A stretch of 61,016 nucleotides of DNA, counting the filler, from Sphacelaria rigidula (lineage: Eukaryota): the NCBI GenBank assembly GCA_964200075.2. It is 8 parts of 8 records of this genome, joined end to end, with 100 filler letters (N's around TTAATTAATTAA, not from the genome) between each part and the next. Parts side by side here need not be neighbours in the genome. Positions count along the whole stretch, not along the records: positions 30,561 to 38,099 come from CAXNAA020014435.1; positions 38,200 to 45,738 come from CAXNAA020014436.1; positions 45,839 to 53,377 come from CAXNAA020014437.1; 5 more parts are not named here. One strand, given 5' to 3'. Shown one piece after another: positions 33,320-46,697 of this stretch; the first letter of the stretch is position 1; the number at the start of each line of letters is the position of its first letter. Both the position numbers and the translations under genes were made by a program. The notes beneath the pieces are model-generated. The model worked only from the letters and a program-made list of their open reading frames with translations. It was not told the origin of the DNA and searched no databases.

Positions 33320-36000
33320 CCTCCCACAGATGAGGGTAACTCAAGGTGAATTGCAAGATTTTTGCGAGAAGCGCAAGCATGGCCGAGCGCTCAAAAATTG
33401 GCGCTCGGCAAGAATTGAGGATCCACCTAAAATGAGGGCGACAACTATGACAAGGGACATTTGCTATTTCATCGTGCTGTAGCACAAACATACTCACGCT
33501 CTCTCTCATGTGTTGTAGCTATCACTGTGGTGTAGTGTGGTGTGGTCGGACCTCCACGAAGACGGTATGGTGTCCGCTGGGATTGCGTCAGTTGCCTTAC
33601 TGTCACTGCCTTGGTTCTTACAGAAAATGAAGAAAACTATGTTTTTCGGTACGCAGTGCTATCTACAAACTACTGTTGTGTGTAGTTGTCTGTGGTGTGT
33701 TGGCTGTTTCGTTTTCCATGGAATGAACAAGGCGCTTCCCACACCCACCATTTCGTTGCTGTAGTTGTCGCTGTGCTATTGTGCATTTGAACACTTTACG
33801 ACGAACATGGTGTGATGTGCCCTGGAGAGTGCCTGAACAGTTGTAGTGCTGCATGCGATGTTCCGGTAAGCACAGAAGTGGGATGAGATCGAAGTGCTAC
33901 ACTAGCTACTGTCTGTACACAAAGGTGAAACGATGAAACCATCACGTGGCGACTGTACTGTACAGCTGTCTGTGGCGTCCCCGTCCGTATTTCAGCTACA
34001 GTCGGGTGCTGGGATCGGAGAAGACACGCAAGGCCGACGCGTGCACGTTGGGGCGAACAAACTGAGCCAGCACGGAGCTGCTCTATCCCAAGCGTTTGAT
34101 GACAGGAGCTGTCTGCCTTGATGTCCCATGTAATAGTTCTTCCCCCCATTTCAGACGGGTGCTCATTTTTTGCCGAGATCCAATTTTTGAACGCTTGGCC
34201 ATGATCGCGCTTCGCGTGAACAGCGCAGTTATGGCCCAGCGTTTGTAAACCGCCATTCCGCCAACATCGAGCTCATCCGAAATCAGGGGAAGAACTATCG
34301 CATGGGACATGTCCTATATCACTGTGCTGCAGCACAAACACACTCAGGCTCTGTCTCTTGTGCTGTAGCTGTCGCTGCGCTGTGTTGTCTCGAGACCTTT
34401 TCGAAGACGGTTTGGTCGTTCGTCTCCTCGAAAAATCATGCTCTCAACCCTGTGTCAACACCAGTGTTGAATATCGAAAGGGAAAAAAAGTTCGATACGA
34501 TATTTTTAACGTATCGACCTGAAGACGTCGATACCGATATTTTTTTCGATACGCGGAAAATGACCCGATACATATCGATACTCGATACTGATACTCGATA
34601 CGAAAAGATGCGGCTGTTTTGGTGGGGACACAGCTTGCAAGACCTCACGGTACTACACTGACACTAGCAACCTAACCCGGAGTGGGTGCACGCCTGATTG
34701 TATGAAGTCACAGCAGCACCAGTGTGTGATTTGTGATTCTTTTCTGACATCATAGAAGTGGCGGCACGACACGCGGCGTAATGCTTCGGTTTGACGAAAA
34801 TAGTTCATCGTGCAAGGGGCAAGTCTCAAAAGCGATCGTTGATCACAACTCGAGGTGTAATGCATGATAGATACTGTAGTGTGTTATTCAAGCCGGTGAT
34901 ATAACAAAGTATATTCCGCGGCCACTATTCCGTCATGTTTCTATCGAATTTGAACATTTACCTCGGCTCTGCGCACTCCGCACTGCGAACGCACTCAATA
35001 TTCAATAACAAACGCGCCAAGCGTCGAAACTGGGCCAAAAATGATGGATGCAAATGCGCTCGCTTTTTCTGTTCTTCATAACAAACAAGGGATAAGTCAG
35101 CAGCATAGCTCTACACAAAAACGTATTCTCTCCAGATACCTAAACGCCAAAGCAATAGAATTCCAAAGCTTGTAGAGAAGACTGGATATGATGAGAAGAG
35201 ATTACCGTCTACCCTCACACGCGAAGCACTCCCGCCGACAAGAAGGCTTGCAGGGATGGGTTGTATGGGAAGTCTGAAGGATCCGCTACCTTCGCGGGTA
35301 AGTCTGCTTGCCCGCTCTCTCCACTCTTGGTTGAGGGCACTGGGGCGGCCACTGGTGCAGCAGGAGCCGCCGTAGCAGACATAGATACAAACGGTTCGAC
35401 AGAAACGTCGACCGTAGCAGACACAGATACAGACGGTTCGGCAGAAACATCGACCGCATACTCTGTGCTACCGCCTTTCACAAAGCCGAAAGTCTGAAGG
35501 CGGCTCATGTTGCAGACCGATGTGGTTCGCAGCAAGTGGCTGTGTGGTGTGCGGTGTGTGGTGTGTGGCGGGGTGGTGGGTAGTGGGGTGATGGGCGGTG
35601 GCACGATGTGCTGTCTACCACCCCCCCACCCCTACCCCCGGTAAAACAAAATGAATAAATATATCGACAAATATCGGCTTGGGAAGCGGCGATACCGATA
35701 CACCGTATCGACTGATATAATCGAAATCGTATCGAGTATCGATATCAGATTTTCAATACTGGTCAACACGTAGTGCACTCTGGACACCGTTCCTGTTGAC
35801 ACCTTCATGGTGTGTTGGCTATTTCGTCTCGAGTCAAGCGAACAAGGCGCTTCCCAAACTCACCATTTATATGCTGTAGTTGTAGCTGTGCTGTTGTGCA
35901 TTTAAACACTCTACGACGATCACGGTGCGATGGGCGCTGGAGAGTGCCTGAACAGCTGTCGTGCTGCATGCGGTGTTTCGGTATGTACAGCATTGGGGTG
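33320..36000 (+). repeat. Complex dispersed repeat (about 0.85-kb unit, partly tandem) homologous to the interior of 56913-58122; interrupted by a hAT element
   Basis: The block TGGTGTGTTGGCT...GAACAAGGCGCTTCC...GAGTGCCTGAA recurs at about 33693, 35808 and 57548; GGGACAT...AGCACAAA recurs at about 33454, 34304 and 57330. Confidence 0.75.
34462..35761. mobile_element. Non-autonomous hAT DNA transposon (1300 bp)
   Basis: TIR CAGTGTTGAATATC / CAGTATTGAAAATC (12/14 match); perfect 8-bp TSD GTCAACAC (34454-34461 and 35762-35769); ATCGAT/CGATA subterminal motifs at both ends. Confidence 0.93.
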
Positions 36001-37021
36001 GCACCAAATTATTGATCGCCTTTTGGAGGAATGATACTTGGTTTGGGACAGACTGAACACGGATAATATACTTTACAATACGACCTACTGCCTGTTACCT
36101 AGGGTTTACCTAGACGCTCCGGAAATATGGAGAAAATAGTACAGGAGAAACCCTCACGACTTCACACCCACCCGAACTCAAAGTGCGGACAAAGTATCAG
36201 TTGTATACCTGCGCTGGACTCAGCAGCAAGAAACAGTGAGCGTGCATCGTTCTGCACTGAACACAGTCTACTGCATGCTGCTGGTGTCTCTACTTAGTCT
36301 TACACAGCAGCACTACAATGTGAAGCTATGTTGGCAACACAAGAGGCGCAGGCAGGCGGCAAAGACAGGCCACGAGTAAAAAGTACGCCGTATGTGCCCA
36401 CGTGATTCATGATTTGTGATCAAAATGATTCTCCTGGTCTGCAAAAACTTCTGTGCAAACCGGATACACGTCACGTCAATCGCTGTCTGTGTCAAGTTGC
36501 GCTCAAAATACTATTTCTTTGTGCATATGTTGATATGCTGACCTCAAAAGAACACCACAATCACACCATCACCCGCTGATTCGCCATGTTCTGGGCGTGT
36601 GCTCTGGTGCTTGCGCGAGCAGCGAGGTGGCTGGTGTGGTGTGTGTTGTCGGGAGAACGGATACACGTTACACGTCACGCCTGTTGGCCAATAGAATCTC
36701 CTGTTGAAAGTCCAAACCGAGCGAAACGCAACCATCGGACTTTGGACTGACTTTGGACTTAGGGGGATTACAAAGTCCAAGCCCTGACCCGAATTGACCT
36801 TCGCAAACACCGTAGTGTTGAAGGCGTCGTAACGTGTCGTTTAACGCGTGATATTACCGTGTGCGTGACGCTGACGGTGACCCGTCGTCTAGTTCTCATG
36901 TATAAAGAAAACTCTATAAAAAAAACGCGTTCTCTGATACCCCACTTCTTATGTGATCAGAAAACGCGTTTGAAATCCCGCCGCACGCCAACACACGCTC
37001 CAGCCCACAACAGTAGCCATG

Positions 37022-37629
37022 GGTGGCTTGGGTGTCATCACCACTGCTGTCGCTGGTGCCCGCCGGTAGTCAGCGTGTTGCTTCATTGTCCTTCGCTCGC
37101 CAGTATCATGGCAGCTCTTTACCCCATGAGAACAGCACAGGGCAGGGTCGATGACGAATGCTGTACAAACACTCCGTGTGTAGTTTGCACAGACAGTATT
37201 GTAGCTCGCATTTCAGGTCTGTGCATGCAGCGTGATGCGAACAGCACTCGCGATGCAGTACAGACTGCCCACGCACCCAAGACTTGTAGAGACAGGACTG
37301 CACCGACCGTACACACAACACCACAGTATAAGCAGTAGTGCTACTGCTGTAGTGTCTATAGGCGGGCTTGGGAGCCTGGGCAGTCTGTACTGTATTCGAG
37401 TGCTGTTTGCATCACGCTGCATGCACAGACCTGAACTGAGCCACATTGCTGTGCAACCAGCCTACATACAGAGTGTCTGACAGCACTCGTCATGGACCCT
37501 GCCCTGTTTCGTTCTCATGGGGGTAAGGGGTAAGGGACATCACGCTACTGGCGAGCAAAGGACAATGAGGTAAAACGCTGACTGCCCGCGAGCACCAGCG
37601 ACAGCAGTAATGGTGGCAGCCTAGCCATC
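37022..37629. mobile_element. About 600-bp foldback element
   Basis: Arms of about 270 bp are reverse complements (for example CTGCTGTCGCTGGTG and TTCAGGTCTGTGCATGCAGCGTGATGC are mirrored); centre near 37320. Confidence 0.85.
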
Positions 37630-38099
37630 ACTACAAACAAGGTTTTTGTGAGAATTATAGTAGAGGATACGATTGAGAGTGAAAAGCGATCAATTAGTGA
37701 ATTACCCGTTTCAGTTCCGAAATACCCCTCCACGAGGCCCAATATGCTTCCTGTACGAGTAGTAGCTTGATATCGACGTGTAGCTTTAGGCACACGCCAG
37801 TGATGGAGGGGAGAAAAAGCGACACGGAATGAATAAGTGGCTGAGTTGAAGCAGATGAATAAAGTCACTCCCAATCAGCGCTCTACTCTCAATCGCGCGA
37901 AAACGTTTACAGCCAATGCATACAATACAGTACTGTTGTGTGTATGCTCTTGTCAGTGCTTTCCTTTCAAGTACTACCGTGCAGTGAAAAGCACAACCGT
38001 CACTTCTACAGTCAGTTATTAGTACAGCAAGGCGGTGTTCGTATTGATCGTCTTGCGTCACGCAGCCCACCATATGTTGCTGAGGCAATGTATCACAAC

Positions 38100-38199
38100 N
38101 NNNNNNNNNNNNNNNNNNNNNNNNNNNNNNNNNNNNNNNNNNNTTAATTAATTAANNNNNNNNNNNNNNNNNNNNNNNNNNNNNNNNNNNNNNNNNNNN
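38100..38199. other. Artificial contig spacer
   Basis: N44-TTAATTAATTAA-N44. Confidence 0.98.
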
Positions 38200-38287
38200 C
38201 TTTCCTTCCCTTCCCCCCCGGTCCTCTCTCGCCCCCCCCCCCCGATCCTCTCTTGTTTATTGTTTGCTACACTCCGTGTTTGCGTAG

Positions 38288-40546
38288 GACCTGCGCTGAA
38301 CATTTGATGGATCTCGTGGGAGAGATTTTGGCTAGGGAACCCTTGATTTCGAGGCTAGTAACCGCGAAGGAGCTGGATGTCCTCGAGGTGGAAGGCGGAG
38401 GCCTAGTGTTCGAGAGATTCGTTTCGCTCTGCAACGGTTCCAGGTACGCCATTGTCATCTAGTCTGGTATGGGGAAAGTCATATATCTACGCCAACGTTT
38501 ATAGGTGTATGCAGCTTCCGATACCCCGGCGTTGTTACATCCTCATCTCAGAACGGCTGTCCGTGAGAGCTCCGAAAGTTGATGCTCGTTTTTTCGGCAA
38601 GTCTGATTCCTCCGCAATTCATGGTCGAGGTTCACAACCATGTAACACGAAACCAAACAAGGGGTCATGCCCACGACGGCACCCATAGTGTAGGTCGTGA
38701 TGTGAATAGCGTCGTGGATCATGAGCGAAACGGCTAACGTGTCTCTATGGATCATGACAAACCCAACCGTGTTTCTTTTTTTCTCGAGTGTTCCCTTTGG
38801 CGAGTGTTTTTTTTTGTTCATTGACCGTTGGTTGCGTGTTTCGTGTGACTACGCGTCGATGGCTCGTAATGGATCCGCTTTTGTGGGGATACTCATCCAT
38901 CACCTCAATTGATCACCATGACAAACAGGGACGACGCTCTTGACCTGCTAGAGCATAAAGAAGCGGACCCCTTTACGGCAGAGGAGGTGCCCCCTGAGCT
39001 TCTCCTTCCCAAGGAAAAACTGGCGGCTTTGCGGGCAGGATCCGACGTGGACGGGATGGACGACCTGTACAGCAAAGCGGTCGCGAGGGTAGAAACTCTA
39101 TCGATGGACGAGTGCATTCAGCTCTTGAGGAGGTGACGGGAGTTGCTATAGTCGGACACAAAAACTCGTGGACTTGTTTTTGATTCATGGTGGGTACAGT
39201 AGCCGTGTTTCTCCGCGTCTAGTTTCTTCGTCTGGTGATCGTCAGGTCGTCGAAGCATCGCGTACGTGTAGGTGTGCGCGCAGCGGTTAATGTGTTGTGT
39301 TGTGTTGTGTCGACGCATTCCTTTTTTTTCAGCGATCACCGCATTGTATGATTTACAGTAGTAGTCGTACTTCCACTCTTTTCCTGGTTTATTTTCTATT
39401 GTTTTTGAGCTCGGCAGGTTCGAAGGCGATGCATGCCCCTCGCGTTTGTCCGCGCGTTCAGTGTTTCATGCCGCCGTAGTTTGTCACGAACGAAATATCT
39501 TCATGTCTCTCTTGTATTTTTGGTTCATCCAGGAGCAGTATTTACCGTCGAAAGAACGGGACTGCGAAGCCATCATGTCGCTGAAAGTTGTGCGAGAATG
39601 ACTTTCCTTCAAGGCATTTTCGAAGTGTCATATTTTGTCTTTTCTTTGTCCTCACCTCCCCATTTCCCAGTCACTGTATTTACAACGCAATCCTCCACAT
39701 GTTTCCGGCTCTCGTCTGCTTTTGTTTGTCTCTTTTTCAAATAATGGATCATCGTTTTGTGAAAAATTGTCTTTCTCGAGGATATTTGACCGTTAATATT
39801 ACCCCTTTTAATCGCGCGGGTAGGTCGTCTGTTGATTCGGAATCACTATCACTTACAAAAACTTACTGCGTAGTCCAGATGACGTAGTCTGGCTGCCAGA
39901 GGTTGAAAAGCTATAGTTCACGACTGTCTTTTGGGCGGGCAAACGGACAAACCGGACAATAGTGAGCAAGAAGAGTTTGAATTCCGCTAAATTTGCAAAT
40001 CCCGGCCAATATTTTGAGACTCGGACTTTTCAGCAAAACTATTAGCTCAAAGGCGTCGCACACCTGTCCTACTCGACCTCGATTAGTGTACATTCACCAA
40101 TCGGTGCAGGAGAAGGGCGGTGGCATGTGGACATTGATTGTAGCGGCGCTACAGTTTCAAGTTTTACATTTCGTATTCAATCAATCGGGATTTTGTCGCA
40201 GACGATTTATCACTTCCACTCCCAAGTCCGAGAGTTGGTAGGTGTCGCAAACAGAATCAGGTCGTGCTCAGGATGGTATGATCCAGTTTTGTGATGCCGG
40301 AACAGAACGGAGTAAAACCCCGTTTATCGAGGGGGTGCTACTTACCGTGTAAGATAGAAAAAAAACACGTTAATTCGGCTAGAGTGCAATGGATACCTAG
40401 AAAACTAAGTCGAACCATTGAAGTGTTGACTATTACGATCCGGATCGGTTCGGTCGAGCGAAAATGTCAAACAGCTAGAATCGGGGGCTGTACACTCATT
40501 GGACCCCCAACGACCGTTGAGCCCGTAACTTGTTCAAAACTGGTCT

Positions 40547-40577
<31 letters not shown>

Positions 40578-41333
40578 AATTTGTGTTGGATACTCATGTA
40601 TCTCGATTCCCAGAGTTTAGGATAAAACGGAAGCGGAAAGCGTGATGAATCTTGGTGACCGAAAATCCTGAAAAAAAAACGCTTTCAATCGAGAATGCAA
40701 AGTTTGACCGTGTACTACTATAAATCACGAACTACGCGTGGTGTGGAGCGGGTGCGAGTTGCCACAAGAGCCTGTGCGGAATTGTGCTGTACTGTTCTGC
40801 ACTGGACGAATTTGTTGTCTACGCCAAGGAAAGCCGCCCTCCTCGCGGAAATTTCGTGCCTAATATATATTTCCGGACATGCGTTTCCCCCCGCTCAAAC
40901 TGAACGTTCGCCAGTAATGAACGGCCCCAACATTTCTTAAATAGAACGCCACTTCCATTCGATTATGAGTGTGAGACCGCACACATGGAATTTCGGGCTG
41001 AGCTTGAAGCACCCTGTCCATCTTTTGAAGCAAAAATCTGGCTCGTGTTGAACATTGTGCGCCATGTTTTTTCTCTCTCATGTTGTTCCTTCTAGATACC
41101 TCATCGCCCTAGGGGTGATGGACTGCAGCGTGATGATGTCGCTCATGGAGGTGCCCAAGTGCACAACCGCTATCCAGACACACAATACGGCCGGTGTGCT
41201 CGAAATGGCCGACGGGCGCTGCTTGGCCTACTGCATATCCGTCGTGGACGCTGGGCCGAAGCCACCCACGAAGCTCAGAAAGAAGGCTCAGCATGAGCAC
41301 AAGATCTGGGAATTCATGAGCACGCTGAGCTGA
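38288..41333 (+). CDS. IPK1: Inositol-pentakisphosphate 2-kinase, last three exons: join(38288-38443, 38929-39132, 41096-41333); 5' exons lie outside the contig
   Basis: Three AG/GT-bounded exons with consistent phase-2 junctions, no stops, ending in TGA. Peptides LISRLVTAKELDVLEVEG, YLIALGVMDCSVMMSL and ISVVDAGPKPPTKL...KI match, in order, the IP5 2-kinase family motifs LxxQxLDxLDIEG, AxTAKDCSIMI and (I/L)DLxLKP...KI as I recall them. Confidence 0.85.
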
Positions 41334-41564
41334 GCGTTTGTATCGCGCTCAGTTTGTTGATAACCCCCAGCTCTCCGGCCAAAAATGTATCCACCCTCCT
41401 GCCTCGCTTTGCCATGGCCTTGAGAGTAATGAGGGTAAATATATATACATATATATATACATTGCTCTAGAGCACACGATATATCAACCCTTTAGAGGGC
41501 AAATATTGTTCTGGAGGGGAATCAGGTCTAAATTCCTCCAGAGTGATAGCCAAAAGGTCCTCTG

Positions 41565-41825
41565 TGTGTTGTTTGTTGTCATCCCATATATTCTGCACGC
41601 CAGTCGCGGTGTTTGCCTCATGTTTTAACGCGAGAGGAGTACCGCGGTCTCTTTTCCTTGTCGACTGTGAAGTCGAATTTTGTGTACCTCCGACATGACT
41701 GCTCTTCGCTGTGGAGGTTGGTGTGAGAAAAAATGCCAGATGGCGTGACTTCACCGAGATTCGAACTTAGGACCCAAGCGTCAGAAGGTTTCGAGGTTAC
41801 CAACTGAGCCACCGGGGCGACCGAC
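41565..41825 (-). mobile_element. tRNA-derived SINE family A (divergent copy) just downstream of IPK1
   Basis: Minus strand reads GTCGGTCGCCCCGGTGGCTCAGTTGGTAACCTCGAAACC...GTTCGAATC, then a homologous body and a CAA-rich tail. Confidence 0.85.
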
Positions 41826-44103
41826 CTCTGGAGGGTGTTTCTGCCGTTGATACGTATGCAGTGTCTTCCTTGAGTATGTCTGTCTCATGACCACTGCTAT
41901 GTTCGTGGCAAATCAGTTCGTGCGATGAATTCAATGATCGTCCTTGTATTGCAAGGTTGAGGTGAGTACAAATTTGGCATTTTTTTTTCTCTCCAGGAAG
42001 GCATCGGTTACTACAGGACTTATTATTTTTGCAGAGGGATTGGATTACCGCAGTTACCGTATGTGTTAAATCTGAGTACACGGGATTTCGTCATATAGGC
42101 ATCATGAACTTTTGTACATGGACATAGATACTTCGGGATTTGTGACTCAAACTCTTCTCAGGTTTATTTTTGTTGACTACTTCGACTACACACGCATCTT
42201 GAAAATGACGTGGGTTAAGGTTCAGGTTTTGTATGAGACCTGTCGAGCACCCGATTTTGCTCTGCCAAGGCATCGTAATTTTTGCCCATAGCAACCTGAT
42301 GGAGACGGGAGATTTAACGCGCCTTGGTAACCGGTTTCTGTGGCACACAGTACACGTTGTCATCGCGTGTATCTGAGGACGGGAATTGCTTGTGCAAGAC
42401 ATTGAGAGCGGCATGCCACTCGAGTGACATGCTACATTTTGCCCGCAACCGGTTTCGGCTATGTTTTCGCGCCGCTGGCGTATTGTGCAAAATTAGAAAT
42501 TGTTGAAGTTTTTTTTTCACATTAGTTCGCCCATTGGGCACCTTTTTACAGTTTACCTACTGGGCTGAAACACCTTGTGTAGGTAGTGGTGTCAGCAGTT
42601 TTTCGTGTACAATCGGTTGTCGTGTTCGGACGTAGGTGCGCGCCTAACGAGTCGCACATTTGTGGCACAACTCCGCGTGAAAAAGCTACATCTTGCAGGG
42701 TGAAATGGTATATCAACTCTTGAAATTGCACGGTAGTGACGACGTGAAGGTGAAGCAGGCAATGTAGTTGAGATGGCGAAACGACACGTCGGTTGAGCAC
42801 GCGTCGCGCACTTCTGCAAAACGCGGTTGTTGTGTCATATCGTTTGCACCACCATCGAGTGGATCACATTTATCTGCACTAGTTCAGGATGGCAGCGGTC
42901 TGTAGATGTAGATATATCCGCTACATTGGCTTACTGTAGTGCGCGATCGCATATTGTGCGTGAAAACAGTAACAGTGCGCACTTGTCACGTGGCCTCTGT
43001 ACTCGCGATTCTGAAACAGATCTTAAGAAGGACTGGCGCAAACCAAGAGTATTGGCAAGGCTTCTCGATCGCAGCTGTCTGGATGTTCAGCTGACTGCCT
43101 CTAGATGCCTTGCCCGTAACCCAGGATTGCAATGTCGTGGTGTCGTGTATTAATTGATGATGCTAGGCCTAGACTCGAATGGAAGTCTGGACAACAAAGT
43201 GATCCCAGGGGGCTCGGACCCTCCCTTGATTGCTCAAAACTGGAACATGACACATGTCTAATCCTAGCAAACGGAGGCAGGCGTAATGCTTCCTTGGGAC
43301 CTGAAACGATTCCTAGATCAATCCGTGATATTTCTTATATTGTCGCGCAATCGGCGTATGCAAGTAGCTTGCCGTAGCTTGCCGGTTTCCTCTCTCGGCG
43401 TAGCAAAGGAAGCCACGGGTGTCATGCCGCGCACCCAGAAAAATAGTGACAGAAGTGTAGCTCCAGCAGTAGGGGTATACGCAGTGTTGTCGTGAAGTAC
43501 GCGAAGACCTTGTTGAATCAACATCACCCATCAAAATCAGTCGCAAACCTCAGCTTCCCGTCACAATACTGTCAACTCCATGGGCGTCTCGAGTGCGGTG
43601 GTGTTCCCAACCACGGCGAGATTTTGCAGGGCAAAAGCGGAGGCAAGATACTACTCTTGAGCCTTTGGGCCTCAGATCCGGAAACTTCGGTAAGAACATG
43701 GAAAAAATGTACGAAACGAGAAGAATAGTGAACCAAGTGAGTGACCGAATACCTTCCCATGGGCTCTGACGTTTCTTGTGATATCCACGTCCTTACTGGT
43801 GGCTTCGAATTTTGTGCGAAGGGTGCATACATCAAGATCCCTGTTTGCAATAGTCCTCCTTAAGTGCCCGCTGACAACCGGCTGGTGGAGACATGACGAG
43901 TTTTCCAGCGGTACACTGGAGCCTCTTTGACGCTAAATAAAAATGAGTCCGACCTGACTGACGCTCGCCATTTTTTGTTCTTTTCCGGATCTTCTCACCC
44001 CTGCCGTTGATCCCCGTGCAGCAACGACCACCGACAGCCATCACACGAACGCTCCTCGGCCGAACCCCACCTCCTGGGATGGTGTATAATTGTCGACTAC
44101 AAA

Positions 44104-44484
44104 CACGGGGTTTTACAAATTGGGGATGGATTTTTTATTGAGGATGAGAGCCCGGAGAATAAAAACCTTCGTATCCACACCTAATCTTGGAAAAAATAAA
44201 GTTCCACTCCTTCACCTACGGGTAGCTATTGACAACTACTACACGCCATTCTAGATGGTCCAATCAGATCGCCGACATTCCCCAAAATTGGTTTTTCACC
44301 TAGGACCCCAACGTTTCGGTTATCGATATCCAAATTTGTGAAGCGTGCAGTTGTTGTCAACGGCTCCCAGCAAGTAAAGAAATCGAACCATCTTTCGAAG
44401 ATTTGGTGTGGATTCGAAGATTTTAATTCTCCGGGTTTCTCATCCTCAATAAAAAAATCCGTCCCCAATTTGTAAAATCCCGTG
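44104..44484. mobile_element. MITE with about 150-bp TIRs
   Basis: CACGGG(G/A)TTTTACAAATTGGGGA(T/C)GGATTTTTTATTGAGGATGAGA is mirrored at both ends; no clear TSD. Confidence 0.85.
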
Positions 44485-45738
44485 ATGACAGCATTCATTC
44501 ACATTTGACTGAACAAGCCCAGTCATCATGGGGGTGGCGTTTGAAGAATGCACGCCCCAGCCACCTCCAGCATACACAGACCACCGACTATGCGGTGGAT
44601 ATTGATTGCAGGTTTTGGTGTTATTGCTGTGATGAAGTCATCAAACAACATAATACTTCCTCCAACACATAAGTAAAGTCGGTTATGGGGTACAGATAAT
44701 ATTTTTTGAACGGAAGCGTGCAAGATGCTGTAGTTAGATTCTTTGGGAAGATACAGTAACAGAGATGCTGGCGAAAAAAAAGAAAAACAAACAAGTTGGT
44801 GTTGTAGAGATATCGTGGTTCAAATTTGATGAATTTCAGGCCGATTTCGTCCAATCTGTACCGTTTTCGGCCGAATTTGGACGATTTTTGCCTGTGTATG
44901 TGGTGTACGCAGTGCACAACACGATCAGACGCTTTCAGACGAGGCGTAGGTATCGTCTATCAATGATGAAAGACAAACAAGAAACATTTTTTTGCATATT
45001 CTTGCGTTTTTTGCCATTTTTCCGAGTTACATTGTCCTCCTCTTTTTCCGGACAACGGGGGAACAACGTCCATTTGTGGGCCAACTGCTTCCGTTTCAGC
45101 CGCTGGTCCATGCTGAAGGCTGCGTCAAAAAAAAAAAAAAGAGCAATATTTAACTAAAAAAATGACGAAGATTTCAAAAATATCATCGCTAACGTCATCG
45201 GACACGGTCAAAGGCCCGTATAAGCATAACCGACTTTACTCATGTGTTGAAGGAAGTATGCCTCTTCAAATTGAAATTGGCAACGACTGCCGACGGCCAT
45301 CACGCAAACGCTCGGCGTGGGTCAAACTCGACCTCCTGGGGTGGTGCGTGTGTCGACTTCTCATATGTGACTGAACAAGCCGAACGCAATGGTCTGCGCT
45401 GAAACCAAGAGTATATAGCAAGAACAATACACACGTTGTGTACAATATACAGGTGTATACCCGAAAGGTATGTGACTCCAGATGACTCCTCACAACTTGT
45501 CCGTCTTTTATTTCGGTTGATATTCGGCAAATGCCGTACCAAACGTTCAGAGTTCCTCAAAAACATACAAGACTTCCAGTCACTCATCTTCTCGTCGTCT
45601 GCGAAGGTGTGCGATACGATGGGCGGTGCGTTTGTCCTGGTTGATCATGCGCCTCTTCAAATTCAAAATTAACAACAAATTGTGCGAATTGAGGTTTAAC
45701 TCCGAGATGAGGTTCAAGCCTAAAACAGTGCTTTCCCC

Positions 45739-45838
45739 NNNNNNNNNNNNNNNNNNNNNNNNNNNNNNNNNNNNNNNNNNNNTTAATTAATTAANNNNNN
45801 NNNNNNNNNNNNNNNNNNNNNNNNNNNNNNNNNNNNNN
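45739..45838. other. Artificial contig spacer
   Basis: N44-TTAATTAATTAA-N44. Confidence 0.98.
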
Positions 45839-46149
45839 CTGAAAGTGTGGGGAAAGCACTGTTTTAGGCTTGAACCTCATCTCAAAGTTAAACCCCAATT
45901 CTCACAATTTGTTCTTGAATACCGGATTTGGCAGGTACGGTAGGTATTGAAATTTCGAAATACCGTGGTATCGTAGGTATCGTAGGTATGAGTTTCGAAA
46001 ATACCGGATTGGACCGGTATCGGTAGGGTGTGAGATGTCCCAAATACCGGTACCGGGTACCTACCTTACCCTCCATACCCAATTTCAAACCGTCATCTGG
46101 CAGTGCGAAGCGTTTCAGATATGGGTGCAAGTTGAGCAGTCGAAGTTTT

Positions 46150-46516
46150 CATAGGCACCGTTGGTAAGGTACCGGAACAAGAACCCCCCGGTATCTACCG
46201 GGGTATCCCATACCGTGGTATGCGTGGGTATTGTAGGTAAGAGTGTTAATTATACCGGATTCGGCGGGTACGGTAGGTATTGAAATCTCGAAATACCCTG
46301 GTATCGTAGGTATCGTAGGTATCGAAGGTATCGTAGGTATGACCTTTCAAAATACCGGATTGGGCGGGTACGGTAGGTATCGAAATATCAAAATACCCTG
46401 GTACCGCAGGCATCGTAGGTATGACATTTGAAAATACCGGATTGGACCGGTATTGGTAGGGTTTGAGATGTCCCAAATACCGGTATCGGGTACCTACCTT
46501 ACCTACGGTGCCTGTG
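46150..46516. mobile_element. GGTATC/ATACCG-motif MITE (partial second copy at about 45918-46070)
   Basis: TIR CA(T/C)AGGCACCGT(T/A)GGTAAGGTA; internal GGTATCGTA repeats. Confidence 0.8.
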
Positions 46517-46697
46517 GATACTCGTAATGGGCCTATTATGATCTTCGAAGAAGTTGTAATATGCTGCGATGGTGTTTTCAGATACTGGGCCACGTCATAT
46601 CTGTCCCGTGATGCGCCACGTTTGTACAACGCAGTATACAACTCCCTCTGCTACATTACATTGGGAGTGATACTTAGCTTTGATGGTATTCACCTAC

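Noticed and set aside
43313..43546. ILMGDVD resembling the LINE endonuclease GDFN motif
   Set aside because: No supporting endonuclease or RT motifs nearby.
45661..45921. Apparent palindrome centred on the spacer (GAGATGAGGTTCAAGCCTAAAACAGTGCTTTCCCC and its reverse complement)
   Set aside because: The arms are on different concatenated contigs. Most likely both contigs break in the same high-copy repeat, so adjacency is not evidence of a real hairpin.
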